The notes: a model not told the origin generated them from the sequence alone. Shown: positions 47,735 to 57,720, numbered from the stretch's first letter. The stretch: 64,000 nt of DNA from an uncultured Actinomycetota bacterium (GCA_963697565.1 CAVOOM010000008.1:304423-368422); one strand, 5' to 3'. Numbers and translations: made by a program.

Positions 47735-48397
47735 CTACGGCGCGATGGGGGCGTGCCCAGGGTCAAGCCGGCCCACCCAGGCCGAGACGAGCAGGTACTG
47801 CGCCGCCAGATAGGTCGCCATGACGAGCGCGTCGCCGGCCGGCACCTCTAGGCCGGCGACGCGCGCCCCGATGAGCGCGTCAGACAGCAGGAACAGCGCG
47901 CCACCCGCACCCGCCTGGGCGCCGAGTCCGGCCGCCAGGGCGCCCATCGCGGCCAGCGCGAGGCTGTAGCCCGCGACCGGTCCGCGCAGCGACCCCAGCC
48001 GGGGGCCGAGGGAGGCGTTGGCGCCGAGCCAGACCACGCCGTACGCGACCGCCGGCCACGGCGAGCGCCGCAGGCCGTCCATCGCGCGGAGCCGCGCGAA
48101 GCCCATTCCGTAGGCACCCTGCATGACGAGGAAGGCGAGCATGCCCGCGAGGAACCAGGCGCGCTGGCCGCCCAGCAGCAGGATGTCCCCGGCCGTGGCG
48201 GCGATCAGCCCGACGAGGAGCAGCCTTGGAATCCCCTGTCCGGACTGCTCGCGCGAGGCCCGCAGCGCCCAGGCCAGCAGGGCCGGCATGAGCATGGGCT
48301 TGATCGCGTTGGCGGTCCGCCGCCAGCTGGTGGCGCGGGCGCCCACCTCGGCGACCGACGCCGCGGCGTACACCGCGCCCCACCGGTTGATCCGCAT
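47735..48397 (-). CDS. YhhN family protein (lysoplasmalogenase-like)
   Basis: 220 aa from the internal ATG: KPMLMPALLAWAL, AATAGDILLL, and GALFLLSDALIG are YhhN hallmarks. Confidence 0.7.
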   Translation of the reverse strand: MRINRWGAVYAAASVAEVGARATSWRRTANAIKPMLMPALLAWALRASREQSGQGIPRLLLVGLIAATAGDILLLGGQRAWFLAGMLAFLVMQGAYGMGFARLRAMDGLRRSPWPAVAYGVVWLGANASLGPRLGSLRGPVAGYSLALAAMGALAAGLGAQAGAGGALFLLSDALIGARVAGLEVPAGDALVMATYLAAQYLLVSAWVGRLDPGHAPIAP

Positions 48398-48437
48398 GGG
48401 GTGCAGTTTGGCGCCGAGGGGCTGCGAGAATCCCGCG

Positions 48438-50633
48438 GTGACTGAATCTCCCCAGCCCCCGAGCACGCCAGGTCCCCCGCTCGCGCCCGACGAGGCGCCC
48501 GAGGAGGAGCGCGGAGGGGTGACCCGCCGCCGTCTCGCCCAGGTCTGGCGGCACATCCCGTTCACCCTCACCGTCGTCTCCGTGATGCTGGTCGTCGGCG
48601 TCGCCACTGGATCGCTCTGGAACGCCCTGGAAGGCCGGCCGCTGTTCGCCGACGTCGCCTACGGGCTGCCGTCGTTCCAGGACGGCCTGTGGTGGACGCC
48701 GGTCACCGGTGCCTTCTTCGCGATCGCCCCGTGGCAGTACGTGCCCGTCGCCCTCGGGTTCCTCGTGCTGGCCGGACTCACCGAGCTGGCGATGGGGACC
48801 CGTCGGGCGGCCATCGCCGTGGTGGTGACCCAGCTGGCCGGTGTGCTCGGAGCGGCGGCGCTGCTCGCCGTCCTGACCGCGACCCTCGACTGGGCTTGGG
48901 CCGAGAAGACCGCCGCGGTCATTGACGTCGGGTTCTCAGCGGGGGCGCTGGGCGGCCTGGCCGCCGCCACCGCCGCCTTCCGGGCGCCCTGGCGCGGCCG
49001 GGTGCGCTTCGCGCTGGTGATGTACGCCGTGCTCGCCTTCCTCTACGTCGGCGTGCTCTGGGACCTCGAGCACCTGATCGCGGTGGCGGTGGGGCTCCCG
49101 TTGGGCCCGTACTTGACGGGTCGGCGGCCTCGGCTGGGCGTCCCGTCGCTGAGCCGGCGGGAGTGGCGGCTCACGGCGGCGGTGACGTTCGGATTGTCCG
49201 CCGTGATCCGGCTGCTGCTGTGGTTCGTGCCGGGCGAAGGGCCGCTGGGGGCCGTCACCGGCGACAGCACGGTGACGTCCATGCTGATCGGCGCCGGCAT
49301 CTCGGCGGCGATCGCCTTCGGGCTGTGGCGGGGCCGCAAGCTGGCCTGGCTGTTCGGCCTCGTGGTGTCGGTGCTCAGTTTGATGGGGCTCCTGCTCGTG
49401 GGCCTCTACGTCGCCGCGGCCGTCCCCGAGTCCGAGGTGACCGCCTTCCCGATCCCCGAGCTGGTCGTCGACGTCGCGCTGTGGGCTGCGCAGTTCGGCG
49501 TTCTCGTGTTCGGCAGCCACGCCTTCCAGGTGTCCAAGCGCGCCCGGGGGGCCGCCGCGTCGCGCAACTCCTCGGCCGAGCAAGAGGCCCGGGCCCGCGC
49601 GTTGCTCGCCCGCCACGGCGGGTCGTCGCTGGCGTGGATGACGACGTGGCCGGGCAACCGCTGGCACGTGGCCACCAACGACGCAGGCGAGGACGTGGCC
49701 TTCGCCGCCTACCAGGTGCACCGCGGCATGGCGATCGGGCTGTGCGATCCGGTGGGACCCGATGCCGCCGCCCGCGGTGCGGTGCTGGACGGGCTGCTGG
49801 AGGAGCAGGGGGCGCTGGGGCGGACGGTCTGCCTGTTCTCCGTCACTCGGGAGGTCGCCGACTGGGGGCTCGCCCGCGGCTGGCAGGCGGTCGTGGTCGC
49901 CGACGAGGCCCTCATCGACCTGCCGTCGCTGGAGTTCAAGGGCAAGTCCTGGCAGGACGTGCGCACCGCCCTCAACCGGGCCGGCCGCGATGGGATCACG
50001 GCCCGGATCGGCCCGCTCGCGGAGATGCCGCGCGGCCTGGTCAGCCAGGTGCGGTCGATCTCGGAGCAGTGGGTGGGCGACAAGGGGCTGCCCGAGATGG
50101 GGTTCACCCTGGGCGGCGTCGACGAGGCCCTGGACCCCGAGGTGACCTGCGTGCTGGCGGTGGACGCCGACGGCACGGTCCTCGGGGTCACCTCCTGGCT
50201 GCCAGTCCACGCGCCGGACGGCGCCATCGAGGGGCGGACGCTCGATGTGATCCGGCGGCTGCCGGACGGGTTCAAGTCCACCGCGGAGTTCCTCATCGCC
50301 TCGGCCTGCCTGCACTTCAAGGAGGCCGGCTGCCAGTACGTCTCGCTGTCGGGGGCTCCGCTCGCCCAGCACAGCGACCCCGAGAGCGCGCAACCCCTCG
50401 ACCGGCTGCTGGGCTGGCTGGGCGAGACGATGGAGCCGCTGTACGGGTTCCGGTCGCTGGAGGCGTTCAAGGCGAAGTTCGCGCCCCGGCATCGGCCGCT
50501 CTACCTGGTCTTCGCCGACGAGTCCCAGCTGCCGCGGATCGGCCTGGCGATGACCAAGGCGTACCTGCCGGACGCGTCGATGGCCCAGCTCGCAGCCGCC
50601 GGCCTGTCGACGGCTCGGGCCGAGTCGCACTGA
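48438..50633 (+). CDS. MprF-like protein: rhomboid-like membrane N-terminus plus TM region plus DUF2156 (aminoacyl-phosphatidylglycerol synthase) domain
   Basis: The C-terminal domain RARALLARHGGSSLAWMTTWPGNRW...GKSWQDVRTALNRAGRDG...GFTLGG...YGFRSLEAFKAKFAPRHRPLYLVF is DUF2156/LPG-synthase-like. The start is uncertain: GTG 48438, or ATG 48396, which would share a CATG with the divergent yhhN start. Confidence 0.7.
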   Translation: MTESPQPPSTPGPPLAPDEAPEEERGGVTRRRLAQVWRHIPFTLTVVSVMLVVGVATGSLWNALEGRPLFADVAYGLPSFQDGLWWTPVTGAFFAIAPWQYVPVALGFLVLAGLTELAMGTRRAAIAVVVTQLAGVLGAAALLAVLTATLDWAWAEKTAAVIDVGFSAGALGGLAAATAAFRAPWRGRVRFALVMYAVLAFLYVGVLWDLEHLIAVAVGLPLGPYLTGRRPRLGVPSLSRREWRLTAAVTFGLSAVIRLLLWFVPGEGPLGAVTGDSTVTSMLIGAGISAAIAFGLWRGRKLAWLFGLVVSVLSLMGLLLVGLYVAAAVPESEVTAFPIPELVVDVALWAAQFGVLVFGSHAFQVSKRARGAAASRNSSAEQEARARALLARHGGSSLAWMTTWPGNRWHVATNDAGEDVAFAAYQVHRGMAIGLCDPVGPDAAARGAVLDGLLEEQGALGRTVCLFSVTREVADWGLARGWQAVVVADEALIDLPSLEFKGKSWQDVRTALNRAGRDGITARIGPLAEMPRGLVSQVRSISEQWVGDKGLPEMGFTLGGVDEALDPEVTCVLAVDADGTVLGVTSWLPVHAPDGAIEGRTLDVIRRLPDGFKSTAEFLIASACLHFKEAGCQYVSLSGAPLAQHSDPESAQPLDRLLGWLGETMEPLYGFRSLEAFKAKFAPRHRPLYLVFADESQLPRIGLAMTKAYLPDASMAQLAAAGLSTARAESH

Positions 50634-50656
50634 CGACGCCCGTACTATTCGCTGCC

Positions 50657-51320
50657 ATGACGGCCGGTCCGGGGTTTCGGTGCGCGCGCGGCGCGCTCCT
50701 GGCCGCCGCCGTGGTGGGGGTCAGCGCCTCGGCCCACGCCTGGGCCGGAGGCGGCTGGCCGCCCGGCGGCCTCGCGCTCGGCGGGTGGCTCGTGTTGGCC
50801 GCCGCCTTCGCCGCGGCGCTCGGGCGCGAGGCCGGCGTCGCCCTGATCGCCGTGCTGCAGCTCGTCGGGCAGGCCGCGCTCCACGGCTTTCTCTCGCTGT
50901 CCCATCCCGGCCACGGGGGCGACGCGGCCCCCGCGGCCCTGGCCTCGCCCGCGGGCGGGCACCTGCACTCCGGCTCGTTGGCGGGCGCGGCCCACGCGTC
51001 GGGCTCGCTCACCGACAGCCTGCTGTCCGGCGGCTGGGCGATGCTGCTGGCCCACCTCGCGGCGGCCGCGATCCTGACCGGCTGGCTGCTGGCCGGGGAG
51101 CGCGCCGTCTGGAGCCTCCTCGGTGGGCTGGCTGCGGCCGGCTCCGGCGTGTGGTCTCGGACGGTGGCCCTGGCGGCGCAGGCGCTCGAAGGGCTTGCCG
51201 ACCGTGTTCGGCGGGCCGGCGCCCCTGCCGGCCGGCTTCGGGCGGCTCCCGGCCATCCGGCCCGGGTCCGTGCTGCGGGTCGCGCCCCGTCGCGGTCCGC
51301 CGCAGCCGGCCTCCGCCTGA
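50657..51320 (+). pseudogene. hypothetical His-rich membrane protein preceding the copper cluster; probable frameshift near 51130-51230
   Basis: MTAGPGFRCARGALLAAAVVGVSASAHAWAGG..., HGFLSLSHPGHGGD...GGHLHSGS. After ...AAQALEG the in-frame tail is Arg/Ala junk, while ORF 51123..51320 reads protein-like (LPTVFGGPAPLPAGFGRLPAIRPGSVLRVAPRRGPP). Read straight, the ORF ends at 51406. Confidence 0.4.
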
Positions 51321-51417
51321 ACCCAGCCAGAAACGCACGCCCCTCAGGGCGGGTGTGGCAGGGACCAGGCGGATCCGCCTGCTCTGACCCAATCCCTTCC
51401 TGTTGAGAGGCCCTTCC

Positions 51418-51960
51418 ATGCGTCCTGCCCTGTCCCTGCTCTCCGCCGCCGTGCTCGCGGCCGTCGCCCTGACCGGCTGCGGCTCCAGCGACTCAGCCGA
51501 CTCCGCTGCCACGACCCCCTCGCCGACCGCCGCCGCGGTGGCCTTCGACGAGACCTGGGTCAAGGCCGCCGACACCGGCATGACCGCCGCCTTCGGCGTG
51601 CTCTCCAACTCCTCTGCCGAGGACATCACGCTCGTCTCCGCGGCCAGCCCCTCGGCCACCATGATGGAACTGCACGAGATGGCCATGACCGACTCCGGCA
51701 TGGTGATGCGCCCGAAGGAGGGCGGTTTCGTGGTGCCCGCCGGGGAGTCGCTCACCCTGGAGCCCGGCGGCCTGCACCTGATGTTCATGGGCCTCACCGC
51801 GCCGATCAAGGCCGGCGACGAGGTCCCGATCACGCTCACCTTCGACGACGGGTCCACCCTCAAGGTGATGCCGGTGGCCAAGCCCTTCACCGGCGGCAAC
51901 GAGCAGTACCAGCCGAGTGGTTCGGCCAGCCCGATGCCCACGATGTCGATGGCGGGCTGA
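51418..51960 (+). CDS. copper chaperone PCu(A)C (DUF461) lipoprotein
   Basis: Lipobox LTGCGS. Cu(I) motifs MMELHEMAM...M and GGLHLMFMGL. Confidence 0.8.
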   Translation: MRPALSLLSAAVLAAVALTGCGSSDSADSAATTPSPTAAAVAFDETWVKAADTGMTAAFGVLSNSSAEDITLVSAASPSATMMELHEMAMTDSGMVMRPKEGGFVVPAGESLTLEPGGLHLMFMGLTAPIKAGDEVPITLTFDDGSTLKVMPVAKPFTGGNEQYQPSGSASPMPTMSMAG

Positions 51961-51970
51961 GCGGATCGCG

Positions 51971-53158
51971 ATGAGCACCACGTTCAGCGGGCCCTGGTCG
52001 CGCCGGCGGTTTCTGACCGTCGGCGCGGCCGGGCTCGGCGGCGCCGCCGTGGCCGCGACCGGGTTGACGCTCGCGCAGCGCGAGCAGGAGGCGTCGTCCC
52101 CCGCCGATCCGCCCCCTCCGGTCGCGTTCCGCGGCGCCCACCAAGCCGGCGTCGCCACGCCGCAGCAGCAGGCGGCCGTGTTCGCCGCCTTCGACCTCCC
52201 CGCAGCCGCGACGGCGGCCTCGACCCGCGACGCACTGGGCCGGCTGATGAGGTTGTGGACCGACGACATCGAGCGGCTGATGGCCGGCCGCGCCCCCCTC
52301 GGCGACACCGAGCCGGAGCTGGCGGCCCAGCCGGCGGGGCTCACCGTCACCGTGGGGCTCGGGTCACGGGTCTTCGAGGCGCTCGGGCGCCCCGATGCCC
52401 GGCCACCCGGGCTGGTCGACCTGCCCGCGTTCGGGATCGACCGGCTGGAAGAGCGCTGGTCGGGCGGCGACGTCCTGGTCCAGATCGGCTCGGACGACCG
52501 GATGGCGGTGGCGCACGCCCTGCGCGTGCTCAGCCAAGGACGCCCGGCCCTTCGTCACGGCCCGCTGGGCGCAGCACGGCTTCCTGCCCGCAGGGGAGGG
52601 ACGCCTCGCAACCTGATGGGGCAGGTCGACGGCACGGCCAACCCCGCGGGAGGCGAGTTCGACACCGCGGTCTGGGCCACCTCCGGTCCGGACTGGCACG
52701 TCGGCGGCACCACCCTGGTGCTGCGGCGGATCCGGATGGACCTCGAAGGCTGGGATCTGATGGGCCGCCCCGAGCGCGAGCAGGTGATCGGACGCCGGCT
52801 CGACAACGGCGCGCCCCTCACCGGCGCGGCCGAACGCGACGTCCCAGACCTTGAGGCGCTCGGCCGCGACGGCCTGCCGGTCATCCCGTCGTTCGCGCAC
52901 ATCCGGCTGGCGGCGCCGGGCGACGGGGTCCCCCGGATGCTGCGCCGCGGCTACTCCTACGACGACGGCCCGGGCGACTCGGGCCTGCTGTTTGCGGCCT
53001 ACCAGGCCGATATCGCCACCCAGTTCCTCCCGGTGCAGCAGCGCCTGGCGGAGCGCGACCTGCTCAACCGATGGACGACGCCCGTTGGGTCGGCGGTCTT
53101 CGCGATCGCCCCCGGATGCCCCCCTGGAAGGTGGCTATGCGACACGCTCTTGGCATGA
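51971..53158 (+). CDS. Dyp-type (EfeB-like) peroxidase with Tat signal; contains a compensated double frameshift at about 52535-52600
   Basis: Twin-arginine SRRRFLTVGAAGLGG. NLMGQVDGTANP, RRGYSYDDG and LLFAAYQAD are Dyp hallmarks. See the separate finding on the hidden indel pair. Confidence 0.8.
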   Translation: MSTTFSGPWSRRRFLTVGAAGLGGAAVAATGLTLAQREQEASSPADPPPPVAFRGAHQAGVATPQQQAAVFAAFDLPAAATAASTRDALGRLMRLWTDDIERLMAGRAPLGDTEPELAAQPAGLTVTVGLGSRVFEALGRPDARPPGLVDLPAFGIDRLEERWSGGDVLVQIGSDDRMAVAHALRVLSQGRPALRHGPLGAARLPARRGGTPRNLMGQVDGTANPAGGEFDTAVWATSGPDWHVGGTTLVLRRIRMDLEGWDLMGRPEREQVIGRRLDNGAPLTGAAERDVPDLEALGRDGLPVIPSFAHIRLAAPGDGVPRMLRRGYSYDDGPGDSGLLFAAYQADIATQFLPVQQRLAERDLLNRWTTPVGSAVFAIAPGCPPGRWLCDTLLA

Positions 53159-53775
53159 ACCCGGTCCGGCTGGCCGGAGCGGCGGTCATCGCGGCCGCGC
53201 TCCTCGGCTGGGCCGCGGCCCCGGCCGCCGCGCACAGTGAGCTGGTGTCCAGCGACCCGGCCAACGGGGCGAGCCTGCCTGCCGCCCCGCCGACGGCCAC
53301 CCTGACCTTCAACGAGGACATCGCCGCGGAGTTCACGTCGGTGGCCGTGACCATCGGTTCTGCCGCCCCCGCTCCGGCCGCGGCCACCACGGCCGGGCCG
53401 GCGGTCACGGTCGACCTCGCCGCCGCCCTCGCGGCCCTGCCTCCGGACACCCCGGCCCAGTCCGGGCCGGTCGCCTGGACCGTCGCCTACCGCGTGGTGT
53501 CAGCCGACGGCCACCCGATCCAGGGTCAGGTCGCGTTCACCGCGCCGCTGCCCGCCGCGCCCACCCCGACACCGACGCCCACGCCGAGCGCGTCTCCCGC
53601 GTCGGAGCCGACGCCCAACGCGAGCGACCTCGCCGCGGCGGCCGCGGCGGAGCCCGTGGAGCCATCGGACGCAGGCGGTTCTGCCACGCCGTGGCTGGTC
53701 GGCGGGGCCGTGCTGATCGCGGCTGGCGCGGTCGGGGGAGTGGCGCTCGCGCGCCGACGTACCGTGTCCTCGTGA
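53155..53775 (+). CDS. CopC domain copper-binding protein (C-terminal TM anchor)
   Basis: The ATG at 53155 overlaps the Dyp stop (ATGA). It has a signal peptide, the mature N-terminus HSELVSSDPANGASL, AYRVVSADGHPIQG, a PTPTPTPTP linker and a TM helix. Confidence 0.75.
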   Translation: MNPVRLAGAAVIAAALLGWAAAPAAAHSELVSSDPANGASLPAAPPTATLTFNEDIAAEFTSVAVTIGSAAPAPAAATTAGPAVTVDLAAALAALPPDTPAQSGPVAWTVAYRVVSADGHPIQGQVAFTAPLPAAPTPTPTPTPSASPASEPTPNASDLAAAAAAEPVEPSDAGGSATPWLVGGAVLIAAGAVGGVALARRRTVSS

Positions 53776-55777
53776 CCGCCCGACTGCGCCCGCTGGCCCT
53801 GCGACCAATGGCCTTAGGCCTGCTGGTCCTCGCGCCCGCGGTCGCGGTCCTGGCCCTGGCGCTGGCGGGGTACGGCGGGGAGATCGCGCTGCCCGGCCTG
53901 CCCGAGATCCCGGCGTCGGCCCGCTGGGGGCTGCCGGTCGCGCGGGCGGTGCTCGACGCGTCGGCGGCACTGAGTATCGGCCTGCTCGCGGTGGTCGCGC
54001 TGGCGGTCCCGCCGCGTCGCGGCGACGATCCCGACGACCTCGGCCCGGTCCGCCAGCTCGGCGTCCGGGTCGCGGCCGGGGCGGCCGCGATCTGGGCCCT
54101 CGCGGCCCTCACCGTGCTGCTGCTGACCTACGCCGACCTCGCCGCCGTCGACCCGCTGTCGCCCGGCATCGTGCAGGAGGTGCTGTCGTTCACCGGGCAG
54201 TTCGAGCTGGGGCCGCCTACGCGGGCACGGCGGTGGTCGCGTTCATCGTCGCGAGCGTCGGCGCGCTCGCCACCCGGACCACCACAGCCGGCGTGCTCGC
54301 GCTGGTCGCGCTCATCGGCGTGGTGCCGCTCGCGCTCACCGGCCATGCCTCCAGCTCGGGCAACCACGACTGGGCCGTCGACGCCCAGCTGTTCCACCTG
54401 TCGGGGGTGACGGTCTGGGTCGGCGGACTGGCCGGCCTCGCCCTGCTGCTCAAGCTCCTCGACAAGGGGCTGGCCTCCTCGGTCGCGCGCTACTCCACGT
54501 TGGCGCTGGTCTCGTTCGTCGCGGTCGCCGCCTCGGGCGTCGTCTCGGCGGCGGTGCGCCTCGACGGGTGGTCGCAGCTGCAGACCGCGTACGGGGCCCT
54601 GCTGATGGGCAAGGTGATCGCGCTGGTGGCCCTCGGGGCCGCGGGCTGGTACCACCGCACCCGGCTGATCGCCGCGCTCCCGACCAGTGACCGGCCGCGC
54701 GCGCTGTTCGGCCGGCTGGCGCTGGCCGAGGTGGCCGTGATGGCCACCGCCATCGGGCTGGCCGTGGCGCTGGCCCGCACCTCGCCCACGGACCCGCTGG
54801 CCCAGCTGGAGGAGCTCTCGACGGCCGAGTCGCTGCTTGGCTACCCGCTTCCCCCTGAGCCGACCGTGCTGTCGTGGCTCACCGCGTGGCGGCCCAGCGT
54901 GCTGTGGCTCACGGTGGCCGCGATCGCCGTCGGGCTCTACGTGGCCGGGCTCCGCCGGATGCGCGCCCGCGGCGACCGGTGGCCGGCGGGCCGCACGGTG
55001 TCGTGGCTGCTGGGGTGGCTGCTCTTCACGTGGGCCACCTCGGGCGCCCCGGGGGTGTACAGCAAGGTGCTGTTCAGCATGCACATGGCCGAGCACATGG
55101 CCCTGGCGATGGCGGTTCCGATCCTGCTGGTGCTCGGCGCCCCCGGCACGCTGGCCCTGCGCACCCTCAAGCCGCGCGACGATGGCAGCCGGGGTCCGCG
55201 GGAGTGGCTCAACCGCGGCCTGCACTCGGGCTACCTGAGGTTCTTCGCCAACCCCCTGGTGGCGTCGGTCAACCTCGTCGGCAGCATGATCGTCTTCTAC
55301 TACTCGTCGCTGTTCGGGTCGATGCTGCAGAGCCACCTGGGCCACCTGCTGATGACGCTGCACTTCCTGCTGGCGGGCTACCTGTTCGCCTGGGTGATCG
55401 CCGGGGTGGACCCCGGGCCGAAGCGGCCGACGTACCCGATGCGGCTGCTGCTGCTCGTGGGCGTGATGTCGTTCCACGCCTTCTTCGCGATCGGGCTGAT
55501 GAGCTCGACCACGATCCTGGGCGTCGAGTGGTACTCCGCCCTCGGCTGCGACTGGTGCCCCGACCTGGTGGCCGAGCAGTACCGCGGCGCGTCGATTGGG
55601 TGGGCCCTCGGCGAGATCCCGACGGTCGCGCTGGCCCTGGCGATGGCGGTGGCGTGGGCGCGCTCCGACGACCGGGAGGCCCGGCGGATCGACCGGCAGG
55701 CCGACCGCGACGGCGACGCCGACCTCACGCGCTACAACGACTACCTGCAGTCACTGGAAGACCGCGGCGCGCGCTAA
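53772..55777 (+). pseudogene. CopD-family plus CtaG-like (caa3 assembly) fused copper membrane protein, one frameshift near 54215
   Basis: The GTG overlaps the CopC stop (GTGA). The CopD part ends ...LSFTGQFELG and continues in another frame as AYAGTAVVAFIVASVGALA...LTGHASSSGNHD. The CtaG-like part reads SMHMAEHMALAMAVPILLVLGAP...HLLMTLHFLLAGYLFAW. Confidence 0.7.
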
Positions 55778-56426
55778 CCCCGGCGAGCACCCCACCGGCG
55801 TTCAACGCCCAGTGCGCCCCCATGGGGGCGAGCAGGCTGCCGCTCCGCCGGCGCAGCCAGCCCAGCGCCAGCCCGGCCACCGTCGTCGCCGCCACCGTGC
55901 CGGCGACGGCCGCCGCGGTGGAGCCGGCCTCCGTCCGGCGCCGCGCGTGCTCGAACTCCACCGCCGGGCGCACGTGGGACAGGCCGAACAGCACGGCGCT
56001 GGCGACGTCGGCCACCCGCGGCCCGTGGTCGCGTTCAAGCAGGGCGGGCAGCACGCCCCGGTAGCCGACCTCCTCAAGCCAGACCGTCTGCAGCGGGATG
56101 ACCGCGAACGCCTCGGCGAAGGCGGGCCGCCAGTCGGTGGGCAGCCGGTCGTCGTCGAAGGCCGCGGCCGCCCAGCGAGTGCGCAGCAGCGCGCCGTACG
56201 AGGTCGCGGCGGCGGCCGCCGCGCCGGCCGCCACGGCGGCCCCGCGGGGAGCGGCCTCGGCTCCGAGCCCGAGGTCTGCGGCGGTCAGCCCCGCCGACCG
56301 GGCCACGGCCAGCAGGCCGACCGAGGCGCCCGCGGCGACGAGCATCCCGGCCGGCTGCCGAAGCGAGGGCAGTCCGACGGCGCACCCGCCGAGGATCGCC
56401 ACGGCGGCCGCGGTGTGGGTGCGCAC
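55725..56426 (-). CDS. CPBP family intramembrane glutamic endopeptidase (CAAX-protease-like)
   Basis: Motifs LEEVGYRGVL, FGLSH, HWALN. The GTG start at 56426 is inferred. The 3' end overlaps copD/ctaG by 53 nt, so the true C-terminus is uncertain. Confidence 0.6.
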   Translation of the reverse strand: MRTHTAAAVAILGGCAVGLPSLRQPAGMLVAAGASVGLLAVARSAGLTAADLGLGAEAAPRGAAVAAGAAAAAATSYGALLRTRWAAAAFDDDRLPTDWRPAFAEAFAVIPLQTVWLEEVGYRGVLPALLERDHGPRVADVASAVLFGLSHVRPAVEFEHARRRTEAGSTAAAVAGTVAATTVAGLALGWLRRRSGSLLAPMGAHWALNAGGVLAGVSARRGLPVTAGSRCSA

Positions 56427-56481
56427 AGACCCACCGTAGGCCCGCGCCTCGCCCGTCTCGGCCGGTCGGTAGGTTCGGGAG

Positions 56482-57720
56482 ATGGACTTCGAGCCGAGTG
56501 AGCGCGCCATTGAGGCCTTGGGGCGGTTGACCGAGTTCATGGTCGAACGGGTCTACCCCGCCGAGGCGGCCTACGAGGAGCAGCGCGCAGCGCTGGCGGC
56601 CGACGGCCGCCCGCACGACCTGCCCGCGATCGTCGAGGACCTGAAGGCCGAGGCGCGCTCTCGCGGGCTCTGGAATCTGTTCCTCCCGCACGCCACCGAC
56701 CCCGCCCACGGGCTGTCCGTCCTCGACTACGCGCCGCTCGCCGAGCTGACCGGCTGGTCGCCTGAGCTGGCCCCCGAGGCGCTCAACTGCGCCGCGCCGG
56801 ACACCGGCAACATGGAGGTGCTCGACCTGTTCGGCACCCCGGCGCAGCAGGCCCGCTGGCTGGCGCCACTGCTGGCCGGTGAGATCCGCTCCGGTTTCGC
56901 GATGACCGAGCCGGACGTGGCCAGCAGCGATGCCACGATGATCCAGACCCGGATCGAACGCGACGGCGACGAGTACGTCATCAACGGCCGCAAGTGGTGG
57001 ACCACCGGGGCGCTGGACCCGCGGTGCCAGGTGCTCGTGGTCATGGGCAAGACCGACCCCGCCGCCGACGTGCACCACCAGCAGTCGATGGTCCTGGTGC
57101 CGATGGACACCCCGGGTGTGCGCGTCGAGCGCAACCTCCCGGTGTTCGGCTACGTCGACCAGCACGGCCACGCCGAGATCACCTTCACCGACGTGCGCGT
57201 GCCCGTCGACCACCTCTTGGGCGAGGAGGGCGGCGGGTTCGCCATCGCCCAGGCCCGCCTCGGGCCGGGCCGGATCCACCACTGCATGCGGGCGATCGGC
57301 ACCGCGGAGCGCGCGCTCGAGCTGATGTGCGCCAGGGCCGCGGAGCGGGAGGCGTTCGGCCGGCCGCTGGCCCGCCAGGGCGTCGTCCAGACCTGGATCG
57401 CGGAGTCCCGGGTGGCCATCGACCAGGCGCGGCTGCTCACCTTGCAGGCCGCGTGGGCGATCGACCGCCACGGGGCCAAGGGCGCCCGCAAGCAGATCGC
57501 GGCGATCAAGGCGGTCGCCCCCCGGATGGCCCTCGACGTCGTGGACCGGGCCATCCAGGTGCACGGCGGCGCCGGCGTCGGGCCGGACACCCCGCTGCCG
57601 GCCCTGTGGGCGGGGCTGCGCACGCTGCGGATCGCCGACGGACCCGACGAGGTGCACCTGCGCGACGTCGCCCGCCTGGAGCTGCGCGAGCAGCTCGCCC
57701 GGCGCGCTGGCACGGCGTGA
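56482..57720 (+). CDS. acyl-CoA dehydrogenase family protein (ACAD10/11- and FadE2-like subtype)
   Basis: 412 aa, intact: [43 protein letters not shown]. Confidence 0.85.
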   Translation: MDFEPSERAIEALGRLTEFMVERVYPAEAAYEEQRAALAADGRPHDLPAIVEDLKAEARSRGLWNLFLPHATDPAHGLSVLDYAPLAELTGWSPELAPEALNCAAPDTGNMEVLDLFGTPAQQARWLAPLLAGEIRSGFAMTEPDVASSDATMIQTRIERDGDEYVINGRKWWTTGALDPRCQVLVVMGKTDPAADVHHQQSMVLVPMDTPGVRVERNLPVFGYVDQHGHAEITFTDVRVPVDHLLGEEGGGFAIAQARLGPGRIHHCMRAIGTAERALELMCARAAEREAFGRPLARQGVVQTWIAESRVAIDQARLLTLQAAWAIDRHGAKGARKQIAAIKAVAPRMALDVVDRAIQVHGGAGVGPDTPLPALWAGLRTLRIADGPDEVHLRDVARLELREQLARRAGTA

